From assembly GCA_965113315.1 (NCBI GenBank), contig OZ220363.1: DNA of 64,000 nt; one strand, written 5' to 3'. Origin of the DNA: Podarcis vaucheri (lineage: Eukaryota). Shown here in pieces: positions 54,701 through 64,000 of this stretch (its first letter is position 1; each line of letters opens with the position of its first letter). Both the position numbers and the translations under genes were made by a program. The notes under the pieces were generated by a model, which was not told where the DNA came from, did no database searches, and saw only the letters and a program-made list of their open reading frames with translations.

Positions 54701-56471
54701 CTGGGGCAAGCCCTTTGCTGAGATGTAGAGTATAGCAGTGTAGGTAAGAGCACACATAGACTGCATCAGAGGAGATCCTTTAGACTTCTTGTAGGGCATA
54801 GAAAGGCATAAGGAGTGAAAACCAGGGAACAAACGGGGGGGGGGGGAAACCCCTGGGTCGTGGTGTGGCCTGTGCAGGCAGTGAGGTGTTTTCTTCACCA
54901 CAAGCAGTAGCCTCTTCCCCTTTCTCCCACATGTCCTGAGTTGTTGCCTAGCAGGGAACCCACCCACAGTTGTGATGCATTGCAACAATCTGGGGACAAC
55001 AGGAAGAAAAAACGCAAGCCTTTCAAAGGCTAGGTGACTGCTGTTTATCCAATTCAGATAAGATGGAAAAATTGTTGATGGGTAATGCCTATGTCCAGAG
55101 AATGCTATCCAGTCCGTTCTGCATAGGATTATACTCTGAAGAACCATGCTTACGGTTTAGGGGGCTTCTACACCCCACTTTCTCACTAGAGGCCCAAGTG
55201 GGACAGAGCACCTTGAGACAAGTGCACCAGCTTGTGGCTCTGCCCTGGACAAGGGGGTAGCCTATACTTTGGGTTTCCATTCCCTGGTAACTTCAAGGCT
55301 TGGTTACTGAAATAAATTCTACATGGGAGTACCTCTGAAAACTGCCCAGAAACTGTAATTAATGCAAAATACAACTACCGTACTAGACTGTGAAATGGGA
55401 TGAGGTGTTTCAAACGTATCACCAACATTTAAACAACTGTACTGGCTCCTGGTTCATTTCTGAGAGCAATTTGAAGTGTTGGGCTTGGGGCCCGAAGAGT
55501 CCCCTAATCACAAGATGAGCCTTTCGATGAAGTAAGGTCAACTTTGGAGGGTCTTCACTGAGTATCCCCACCAGCTAAAGCCACAGTGGCCCAAAGGCCT
55601 AATTAGGCCCACCAGGGCTTTGAATTTGGCCATGAATTAAGCCTTCCAGGCCATTTTGGGCAAACCAGCTGTCAGGTTATCTTTGATGTAAGATAATGGA
55701 AAATGATGTGGAAATGCCCTGGAAAGTGTGAGATAACACTTGCTTTGAGATAACATCATCTAGCTTCATTGCAAACCTTTAGATAGCAGGGAGATTAGAC
55801 AAGGTTGGCAAACAAATGGGCATGGATGTTCAGTAAACAGGTAGCTTTGAAGCACCCTCGGTGTGAAAATAGGTGTATTACAATTACACAAAAAGCACTG
55901 TTTTTAACCTGTGAATTGTATTGATGCAGAGAGCACCAGAAAGCTATCAGGCACACTGGGAACCAGACTGAGCCAAAGGCCAGCACATTTCTTTATTTTT
56001 TACTAGCATCCAGCAGGATCTGGGCAGTTGTGTGGGAACGGAGGAAGCCCAGATTGGGCTTGGGGGTGTTGGGACATATCTGAGAGCAGCTTGAGCAAGC
56101 TTGCCTGAACCGGGCCTGAGAAGCATGACCAAGTAGCCATATCTTGCTGCCCTGTTTGCTGATGCCTCCTTCTCGTTCTGTGTCCTCTCAGGGCTATCCA
56201 GGAGAGCATGTTCCTTCAGGCGGGGCCAGGCCTGAGCCCAGTGGAGTCTGGAGGTGGCAACGGTGGCGCTCCTCCTCCCGAGAGCAGCCCACCTCTCAGC
56301 ACCAATGGGGGTGGCTCCTCGGCCTTGCCCCCGCCCTACCCCAGCTTTGATGAGCAGCTGCGCTTGGCCATGGAGCTGTCTTCGAGGGAGCAGGAGGAGA
56401 GGGAGCGCCAACGCCGCGAGGAGGATGAGGAGCTGCAGCGCATCCTCCAGCTCTCTCTGACGGAGAAGTAG
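39641..56471 (+). CDS. ANKRD13D: Ankyrin repeat domain-containing protein 13D, complete spliced CDS (15 exons, 637 aa; N-terminal ankyrin repeats, four C-terminal UIMs)
   Basis: join(39641..39730,43536..43671,44443..44567,45241..45286,45956..46099,46185..46374,47124..47190,47337..47418,48560..48621,48817..48947,49222..49379,50333..50491,51546..51709,52233..52312,56192..56471) = 1914 nt, all GT-AG. Motifs [20 protein letters not shown] and [21 protein letters not shown]. UIMs [36 protein letters not shown] and [15 protein letters not shown]. Confidence 0.96.
43536..43671 (+). CDS. ANKRD13D: ANKRD13D exon 2 ([45 protein letters not shown])
   Basis: gcag|...|gtatga, 136 nt. Confidence 0.95.
44443..44567 (+). 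CDS. ANKRD13D: ANKRD13D exon 3 ([42 protein letters not shown])
   Basis: ctag|...|gtatgt, 125 nt. Confidence 0.95.
45241..45286 (+). CDS. ANKRD13D: ANKRD13D exon 4 ([15 protein letters not shown])
   Basis: acag|...|gtaagt, 46 nt. Confidence 0.95.
45956..46099 (+). CDS. ANKRD13D: ANKRD13D exon 5 ([19 protein letters not shown]...RRSYIFKGE)
   Basis: tcag|...|gtcaga, 144 nt. Confidence 0.94.
46185..46374 (+). CDS. ANKRD13D: ANKRD13D exon 6 ([14 protein letters not shown]...[12 protein letters not shown])
   Basis: ccag|...|gtgagc, 190 nt. Confidence 0.94.
47124..47190 (+). CDS. ANKRD13D: ANKRD13D exon 7 ([22 protein letters not shown])
   Basis: gcag|...|gtacaa, 67 nt. Confidence 0.94.
47337..47418 (+). 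CDS. ANKRD13D: ANKRD13D exon 8 ([27 protein letters not shown])
   Basis: ccag|...|gtaaaa, 82 nt. Confidence 0.94.
48560..48621 (+). CDS. ANKRD13D: ANKRD13D exon 9 ([21 protein letters not shown])
   Basis: ccag|...|gtgagt, 62 nt. Confidence 0.94.
48817..48947 (+). CDS. ANKRD13D: ANKRD13D exon 10 ([43 protein letters not shown])
   Basis: gcag|...|gtgaga, 131 nt. Confidence 0.94.
49222..49379 (+). CDS. ANKRD13D: ANKRD13D exon 11 ([15 protein letters not shown]...LPPGFPVKI)
   Basis: acag|...|gtgaga, 158 nt. Confidence 0.95.
50333..50491 (+). CDS. ANKRD13D: ANKRD13D exon 12 ([27 protein letters not shown]...AANNTK)
   Basis: ccag|...|gtagga, 159 nt; phase matches exon 13. Confidence 0.9.
51546..51709 (+). 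CDS. ANKRD13D: ANKRD13D exon 13 ([15 protein letters not shown]...[22 protein letters not shown]; UIM1)
   Basis: ccag|...|gtgact, 164 nt. Confidence 0.94.
52233..52312 (+). CDS. ANKRD13D: ANKRD13D exon 14 ([26 protein letters not shown])
   Basis: ccag|...|gtgagt, 80 nt. Confidence 0.94.
53527..53600 (-). mobile_element. CR1-type 3' tail fragment
   Basis: agaatcttagaattgtggggttggaagggacc...catctagtccaaccccctgcaatgcaggaat; similar short tails at about 12900-12948 and 63938-63985. Confidence 0.7.
56192..56471 (+). CDS. ANKRD13D: ANKRD13D exon 15, coding part (AIQESMF...[15 protein letters not shown]...[13 protein letters not shown])
   Basis: tcag| acceptor; TAG stop at 56469-56471. Confidence 0.94.
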
Positions 56472-57251
56472 CGTCCTAGTCTCCCTCAAGCCTCACACCG
56501 CCCAGCCTAGCTGTCCTTGCCGTCATTGTATTTTTAACCTCTGGGGGTGGGTTTCATGCTTTGCCCCTTCCCAGTTGAGGGTCAGGCTGGATGTGAGAAG
56601 ACAGCGCCTTCTGCATTTCCTGGGACTCACTCGGTTCCATCCTCTGGTATTATTTCCTGTAAGATTTTTTTTTAAAATTTGCTTTATATCCTCAACCTTC
56701 ACTGAGGAAATGTTTTCTACAGCACAGAGAGGCAGGTTGGAGAAGAGGAGCAGCAACAAATAAGAAGGAGACGGGATGTGGGGCGGGGGGGGGGGGAGAC
56801 GTTGAGGAAATTTTTACCATGAGATTTTTCTGAGACTGATGGTGAATGTGCTGCTTTCTCTTTCCTTGCAAGGGTTTGGGCCTGTTGAGGACGGGACCAA
56901 GTTGGGGAAGTGGCAATAGAAGGCGGTGGGGAAGCCTGGAGCTTGATGCGCTGATGTTTTGCGGTGAGACCTGAAACCAGGCTGCCGTGTGGTGAATAAT
57001 TTTCAGTCCCGCGTTTTATTTTCCTCCTCATTGCGAGCTGCTGCTCTCCCTGCCCCCCTTATTTTTAATTTATTTTATTTATATCTCTGAAGATATATAC
57101 AAGAAGGGGAGTGGGAGGTATGTGGTTATTTTTTTTTAAAGAAACTGAACCCAGTGGGTCTAAAGGGAACAGCTGTGCCCACTCCTGAGCGGCTTTTTCC
57201 TGTCGTCTGGGAACCAGGCACAGGGGGGGCTCTGGGCAGCAGGAACTACTA

Positions 57252-57257
57252 AATAAA
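57252..57257 (+). terminator. Probable polyadenylation signal AATAAA of ANKRD13D
   Basis: About 780 nt after the stop, following U-rich tracts, with GU/U-rich sequence downstream. Confidence 0.6.
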
Positions 57258-57363
57258 ACTAAGAAACCAGCATTGCTCTGCTGTGACGTTCTTCCATCTT
57301 GGTCTCGGGTTGCATGGCTGTGACATAAACATAAAACTTGGCTCCAGAACCTGCTAGGATTTA

Positions 57364-57717
57364 CAGTGGTACCTCGCAAGACGAATGCCTCGCAAGACGG
57401 AAAACTCGCAAAACGAAAGGGTTTTGGGTTTTTTGAGTTGCTTCGCAAGACGATTTTCCCTATGGGCTTGCTTCGCAAGACGGAAACGTCTTGCAAGTTT
57501 GTTTCCTTTTTCTTAAAACTGTTAATACAGTTGCGACTTGACTTCGAGGAGCAACTCATAGCACGCGGTGTGGTAGCCTTTTTTGAGGTTTTTGAAGACT
57601 TTGGTGATTTTTGAAGCTTTTCCAAAACTTTTCCGACACCGTGCTTCGCAAGACGAAAAAACCGCAAGACGAAAAAACTCACGGAACGAATTAATTTCGT
57701 CTTGCGAGGCACCACTG
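57364..57717. mobile_element. Tc1/mariner MITE with CGCAAGACG subterminal repeats
   Basis: TA|cagtggtacctcgcaagacgaa...ttcgtcttgcgaggcaccactg|TA; CpG-rich, so probably young. Confidence 0.9.
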
Positions 57718-57932
57718 TATGTGGCTCTCCTTATGAAAATTAGGAAACATGCTAATTAGTATAATCACAAAAAAACCCCAAAACCCTGATAGTTTGAACC
57801 ATAAAAACATTATACCAGCATTATTTTGTTCCTAATGATCCCTAGCATGGGATTTGCCTTTTTCACAGCTGCCACACACCTGTTGACATCATTTTCACCA
57901 AGATATCCACTATGACCACAAGGTCTTTCCTA

Positions 57933-58123
57933 GGCTGCATACAAACTACACCCTTAAAGCACATTCAGAACATACTGTCCCTTCCCAGAATTCTGGGCAC
58001 TGTAGTTTGTTCAATGTTGCTGGGAACCGTAACCCTCTGAGAGGTGAACTACAGTACCCAGAATACTTTTGAGGGGGAATGTGCTTTGAATGTCCTTTAA
58101 AGGTATATAGTGTGTGTGCAGCC
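57933..58123. mobile_element. Palindromic MITE inserted into an old CR1 remnant (about 57800-58320)
   Basis: ggctgcatac...ttaaagcacattc...ctgggcactgtagttt / aactacagtacccag...gaatgtgctttgaa...gtgtgcagcc; a related palindromic element lies at about 49870-50180. Confidence 0.65.
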
Positions 58124-59267
58124 CTGGTCAGTCACTGCCAGTTCAGACCCCATTACTATATATGTCAAATGAGGATTTATTTTACTTACATTGAATTGTG
58201 TTTGCTATTTTAAGTTCACCCAGTTTGGAGAAATTCTTTTGGAACTCCTTGCAATCCCTTGTTTTGTTTTGACAACCCAGAACAAGTTAGTATCCTGAGC
58301 AAACTTTGCTCCCTCAATACACTAATGGGACTCCATATGTTGGTGATAGTCTGTATCCATTTTGGTAAACGATAAGGTTTACAAGCTGCTTTAGGGTCTT
58401 CAACAGGCTACGTTGCTATTAATTCCCAATTTGGTGGGAGCAATAGCAGAGAGGGCAGGTGGGGGGTGAGAGAGGGAGGGAGGATAATACGATCTTGCAG
58501 TCGTAGAGTAGTACCATCCAGTTTAAATCATTAAGTGAAATCTACACACTTCCTTTGCCCTCATTGCCCTGTTGACAGTGACAGTAAAGCAACAACTAGC
58601 TTAGTTTCTTGGCAGAGTCTACCCTCCACCTTTGCTTCCTCCCTTCCTGCCAATAGTACACAGCCCTTGCACCATCTAGACCATGTGCATCATTTTGCAC
58701 CAATACTCTTCCTTTCCCCCATTGCTCTTCATCAACACATCTCTGCCACTCCTTGTCCCTACATGTCCTTTCTTAACTTTAATCAAACCGACAACTTCCA
58801 TCTTGCCTCAAAAAAACCAATGGATTTGTTCTCTGAGCCACTGAAATTATATGTCTGCTCAGCCAACATAGCATCATAGTTTTGGATTGCCCAAGTGCAA
58901 ATATATACATACACTACTCTTTGTATAAATCCCTGTTGGCCTTGCCTGACACAATGCATATCCCCATCTAGTGTGCATACATAGAACTGCAATTTGTCTC
59001 TATCTCCCTCCCTTCCTCTCCTGCTCCCCCCTTGCTCAATCTTCTGCATGGTGCAATTTAGGAAGCCAGGCACGATGATTGTACACTGAAGAACCATGGC
59101 TGCCACGTGATAGCACAGTGTCTCATAGGACCTTAAACAGAGCAGGTGGCAATGGTACTGTTAAAATTGCTTTGGCTGGTTTCAGTTGCCAAGTCTCCCC
59201 TGCCAGTTTGGAAGGTGTGCAAGGGGCTCCCGAGAGCTGCTCTGCCTTAACCAGCTGCATTTTGGGG

Positions 59268-59460
59268 GGAGAGCTGTACCCAGTGGTAGTGCAGCACATG
59301 CTCTGCAACTAAAGGTCCCGGGTTCAACCCCTGGTGTCTCCAGCTGGGGTTGGGAAATGGCTTCCCAATCTGAAACCCTTAAGGAGGTGCTGCCAGAGAG
59401 TGCAAGCAATACAACTGACCTAGACATGCCAATAGCCCGATTTCCTATAAAACAGCTTCA
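59268..59460 (+). mobile_element. tRNA-derived SINE
   Basis: A/B-box-like gctgtacccagtggtag...ggttcaacccctgg; body ctgaaacc...gctgcca; tail cagcttc; related copies at about 45670-45860 and 62155-62310. Confidence 0.65.
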
Positions 59461-59883
59461 TAACGGCCTGCAGTAATTTTGGGTCCAAATTGCAGCACTG
59501 TGTCATATAGGCTGTATTGTAACTGTGTGCCTGGGGCTGGCTTGGGGAATTGAGGGGGTGGGTAGGCTGAGTGAGCCGAGATTAGGGCTGCCTGCAGTGA
59601 ACCTGGAAATCCTGCCTCCTCCTTTCAAAAGCTCCAAAGCAACAAGAGATGCTGCTGCCTTTCACACCACTGACCCACCTGCCCACGCTCCTTCCCACCT
59701 GCTGGGTCTTGGGCAGGTAGGAAAGTGAAGTGGTTGTCTGCCCTTTCATTGGTTCTGTGTGTTTAAAGATCAAATGCAAAGCAAACCCATTATGTTCACG
59801 AAGCAGCTTACATTAAGCATCAACAACAAAAAGCCCCAGGAATTAGCTGCAGTTCCTGCTATGTCTTCTACACTTAACAAATT

Positions 59884-59995
59884 CTCAGTTGGTAGAGCAT
59901 GAGGCTCTTTATCTCAAGGGGGTGGGCAGAAGATTCCTGCATTGCAGGGGGTTGGACTAGATGACCCTTGTGGCCCCTTCCAATTCTATGGTTCT
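59884..59995 (+). mobile_element. tRNA-Lys-derived SINE with CR1 3' tail (internally deleted)
   Basis: Head ctcagttggtagagcatgaggctctttatctca resembles the 5' half of tRNA-Lys(CTT) and is joined to the CR1 tail gattcctgcattgcagggggttggactagatgacc...attctatg. Confidence 0.75.
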
Positions 59996-60879
59996 TGGAG
60001 GTTTAACTGTGGAAACTAGTGCGCACTATGCAACTTGCACTTTAATGTTTTAAAATATACGATCAGTTCTGAACAGATTTTACTTTTACCTTCGATAGCC
60101 TGGCCCGGCGGTATCAGCAGCTGGTGATGTTTGCAAGGCGGTGCTTGTGGGTAGCTGTGCTATGGATTAGGAAGGCTGCTTTTTGGATCCCGATATGCGG
60201 CGGGGGTGGCAGTGGGCTCCATGCGGCCGTCGTGCCTGATGTAGGGGGGGGGGCGCTGTGCCGCTTCTCCAGCATCTGACGTTCGCTCGACCACCTGCTG
60301 AGTCATTGTAGTAATATGCGGGGGGGGGGGGGCTGGCAGCAGCGGTAAGGCGTTAGGTTTTCATTTTAAGCTCCGACTCTGGTGTTAGCTGCATGATTTT
60401 AACTGCATGCATGAAAACAAACAAACACGGTGCCCGCCGCCCTCCCTAATGTTCAGGCCACAACGGGAAGAGAGCCTCCTCCGTTTCACACGGCTGCACC
60501 AACACTCCCGAGGCAGAAGAAGCAGCAATCTCACAGCAGCTGCAGCAACCTCTGCACATCACCAGAAGCATAAGAGCCAACTCCTAGGGGCCGCTGTGGT
60601 CCCTTCGCCGCCCCCCTTTATAAAATACTTGAGCGCCCCCCTCCCCCAAAAAAGAAGTTGATGGGCTTTGCCATTCAAATAGTGTGCGTGTCATGTGATC
60701 GATTATGTGGGTCCGGGCTTACCTGTCTCTCCCCCACCCCCATATTTCATTCAAGTTGGCACCTCTGCTCAGAGGCGCTTGTTACCCCGCTTCCCATCAT
60801 ACGCAGGCCTAGCAGCACTCAGAATAGGTGCCGGGGCTGAGCCTTGGCCCCTGTGATGGTAGGGTGCCACTGCGGCTTG

Positions 60880-61650
60880 GGGAAGCGAGCCCTGAGCAGC
60901 CCGACGCTCCTCCCACCTCCGCTCCCGGCTGGGGAAAACCCCGCCGCGTCTTGGGGCTGGTTCCTTTAAGAGCCTCCCGCCAAGGACGTGCGCGATTCCG
61001 CCGCGCAGCATCCTTGAGCTTCCTGGTTAAGGCGGCCGGGTGCAGGAGAAGAAAGTTTACGGCCGGCAGGTCCCACCCTGGCCTGACCCAGGGAGTGCGC
61101 GGCGGGCTGGGCACGCCCGCCCCCTGGAGGCTGTCTGCAGCGGCGCCGAGTGGCACGATCTTTCCCCGTCGGCTCCCCGCGCGCTGGGAGCGGAGGAAGG
61201 GCGCAGCAAGCCGCGCATGGCGCTGGTGACCGTCTGTCGCTCCCCGTCGGGGAGCGGCCACTCGACACCCACCGGCAGCAAGGTGAGCTCGCACGCCGCT
61301 TCTAGCCCAGCCTCAAGCCGCCCCAAGAGAACCCCACCCTGATCCCCCGACGGGACCCACACAGCAGCGGCTCTTCTTTTAGGCACGGCTGCGATCCATC
61401 ATCCCCTTTCTGGGGCCGGCGGGGGGTGTTGTTTCGACGGCTGCGCCATCGTGTGCCCCTTTCTCGCCACCTCTCTCTCTCCCATTGCAAGCCGTATGCT
61501 GAGCTGTGCAAGCGACTGCACCTTGCACCATTTTGGCCCCGAAGGATCTGGCCGTTTGTTCTCGCACCTCCCTGCAGGGGCGCTGTCGGAAGAAGGACTG
61601 GCTTGCGCGGGGTGGGGGGCGGCATTGCGCAGAGAAGGGGGCCCAAGCGC
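60880..61650 (+). promoter_or_regulatory. CpG island promoter of SSH3
   Basis: CpG-dense GC-rich block spanning the first exon. Confidence 0.8.
61217..61282 (+). CDS. SSH3: Slingshot phosphatase 3, first coding exon (MALVTVCRSPSGSGHSTPTGSK), 3'-partial
   Basis: Slingshot-family N-terminus MALVTV-RSP (human SSH3 MALVTVSRSPPGSGASTP, from memory); AAG|gtgagc donor; lies in a CpG island; syntenic position after ANKRD13D. Confidence 0.88.
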
Positions 61651-62378
61651 CAAAGATCAGGCAAGAGATTTCCCCGGCCTCTTCTTCCCAGTAGAGGGAG
61701 CTCCCTGGGATGAAGCAGTAGCACCAGTGGGATAGGGAAAGAAAACGATGGTCTTCCACTCGTATGTGTAGGATTTCTTTACCTGCTGGAGCAGGGACTC
61801 GTGTTTCCCACCTTTGCCACTCAAGGTGGGCCGGTCTCGACCTGAAACACGAACTCCACTTAGCTGTTATGTCATACTTGCATTCAGTGTAAGTCACAGA
61901 GTGTCAAAAGGATGGGCTTTTTTCTTCTTCTTTTTAAAGCCAGCATTTGTAGGGGAAGGCCTGTAGATCCTCATGATGGCCATGTTCTGCCTCCATCCTT
62001 CTGAATACCAGTTGCTGGAAACCTCAGCTGCTGTTGCTGTCGTGCCCCGTTTGCAGGCTTTCTGCAGGCATCTGGTTTGACCACTCTGAGAACAGGATGC
62101 TGGATTAAATGGGCCTTGGGCCTGATCCAGCAGACTCTTCTTATGTTCTAGACTGCATCTGCTCTGCCTGCAGGTTCGATTCCCAGAGTTTCCAGGCAGG
62201 ACTGGGAATGTCCCCTGCCTGACACCCGGAAGAGGCGCTGCCATACCACGAAGAGATAATATTGAACTAGGTGGGCCAGTGGTCTAATTTGGTCTAAGGC
62301 AGCTTCCTATGGGAACACCTCTTATGGAGTAGTATTAAAATGTCCAAGCAGAAGCAACTACCTCTGTGCTGGTAGAAC

Positions 62379-62511
62379 TAAGGTCACCAGATTTTTTCCA
62401 ATGAATCTGGGGACACGTTTCAACTTCAGTCAAATTCAGTGGATTTTGTCAGGGAACTGATTTGTAAATCTGGGGACTGTCCCCGGGAAACGGGGACATC
62501 TGGTAACCTTA
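62379..62511. mobile_element. Small hAT-like MITE
   Basis: TIRs taaggtcaccagat / atctggtaacctta; internal ggggac repeats. Confidence 0.65.
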
Positions 62512-64000
62512 TTGTAAACAGTTCTGGGTTGCCTAATGGAGCGGGAGAGGCATACAAAGGCATGATCTTGAGTATGTGGCATCCACAGAAAGGTATGGTG
62601 GAGGCATTTTACCAGCATCTTCCTTGGGCTGGGTGCTTGCACAACTCATAGCCTTCCTGGATGGGTGGGTGGAATGAGGGGTTCATATAGAGTGGAATAA
62701 TCTGGCTGCATGAAGCCAGAATGTTTGAGCTTCACAGTCCCTCCTCATTGCGACTGCTGTAGAGAGCAGGGGCCAGCTGTGAAACGCCCATTCAGCTCCT
62801 CTGGCCTGAGCCTCTCTGCCCCACACAGGGTGCCTTGTTGTGGGATTCCTTCCCTCCCTGATCAACTCACTCTCTCAATTCTCCATGTAAGGAAGCCTGT
62901 CAAACGCATGCCACAGTGGCCAATTGCCTTTCCTTGCTTGGGTCCCCACAGATATGCTTTCCCCAGCCCTAACTCCTTCCCCCTTTCTTCCTCTAATCAG
63001 CTCTTGACAGCTCAGGACCCTGTGTAGGAGAACTGGGCATTAATAAGTGACTTGTCAGGGAGTTTCACAACTTGCCACTTCCTGCCGGTTCCTTGCAGAT
63101 TGCAACGTCAGGGGCCCGTGGAAGGCAGCAAAAAATATCCCTTGCATAATAGCCTCAGAAAAGCAAGATTTCCTCACCCCGGAACACCAACCCTGGGATA
63201 CCTCTGTGTCCCTTTGCACTGGGGTGCCTAGTGCTAGAGTTCTCACACCCCAAGCTTGGCAGTTTGCTGGGCTGGTTGCATTTCAAGCGTAATTAGACAT
63301 TGTGCAAGGAGCTGGCAATTAGGAAGTGGCAGGGACAAGGTTTGTGTTTTTTTCCATGCTTAAAAATGTCACAGGAAATTGCCAACAGACTAGGAATCAC
63401 ATAGATAAGGTTATGCAAGAGCCTGAATTCAAGGCCGCTCCAGGAAAATATTTGCAACCATTCCAAGGAGACGGGAGACTAGCAGTGTCCTAAAATGGAA
63501 CCACACTGTGTATTTCCAAGCTGGATTCCCTCCCACCCACCCACCAGCCCTCAGCTGTGAAACTGTGACATTGTGCAGGTCTGCACAGCTTGTGATCCAC
63601 CAGGGCAAACACAGACCACCAGTCGCAGATTGTGAAACACACAAGGCTTGATAAATCTAGTTTATTTCTTATAGGGGATATGGACCTACAAAAAACATGG
63701 TGGAGAGCACCTCTCAGCCCATAGATGTGGTCCGCAGGGAACACTCAGCTTAGTGGGACATAAGATGGCCAGGCTTGGTGCAGAATGCTAAGAATTAGTG
63801 CAGTAGCTAACAGCTTGAGCTGCAAAGTCCTTGGTTTGACCCTTGCCTTAGCAGGGAACTCGTTTTGTAGCTTTGGAGAAGCCACTCTCTTTTGGCCTCA
63901 GCCCCACCATCTATAGTGCAGGGATAATAATACTGACGACTAGATGATCTTCAGAGTCCCTTCCAACTCTACAATTCTATGATTGTTATTAATTGGTCAC

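Noticed and set aside
57065-57715. 216-aa minus-strand ORF
   Set aside because: It lies in a MITE plus the ANKRD13D 3' UTR and shows no transposase (DDE/HTH) features.
59884-59916. tRNA-Lys-like sequence
   Set aside because: Only the 5' half is present, the T-arm and acceptor stem are missing, and it is fused to a CR1 tail, so it is a SINE rather than a tRNA gene.
6995-61282. Minor-spliceosome (U12) or GC-AG introns
   Set aside because: All mapped donors are GT, and none shows the GTATCCTT/ATATCCTT signature.
60769-61897. Multiple ORFs around SSH3 exon 1, including an in-frame upstream GTG-start extension
   Set aside because: Same GC-rich artefact; the family-typical N-terminus begins at ATG 61217.

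Overview
Eukaryotic (vertebrate) genomic DNA, most likely a squamate reptile and probably a lacertid lizard, judged from a Sauria SINE, CR1 LINE fragments, a tRNA-Lys/CR1-tail SINE and abundant hAT- and Tc1/mariner-type MITEs. Three spliced genes lie in tandem on the + strand, in the order I recall for human 11q13. They are GRK2/ADRBK1 (coding exons 2-21; exon 1 lies upstream of the window; 3' UTR to about 36.3 kb), ANKRD13D (all 15 coding exons, 637 aa, CpG-island promoter) and the first coding exon of SSH3. All exons were placed by hand using GT-AG boundaries and frame continuity. Most long ORFs in the track are spurious, and I found no CRISPR array, prokaryotic system or intact autonomous transposon. 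I cannot claim a wholly new biological system. The best leads are post-transcriptional: a strong-Kozak overlapping uORF on ANKRD13D that ends just before an in-frame Met, a cluster of miR-183/96/182 seed sites and a cryptic intron in the GRK2 3' UTR, a stop-free in-frame GRK2 intron at the kinase hinge, and MITEs with shared arms but different cores. Comparisons with human proteins are from memory and need database confirmation.
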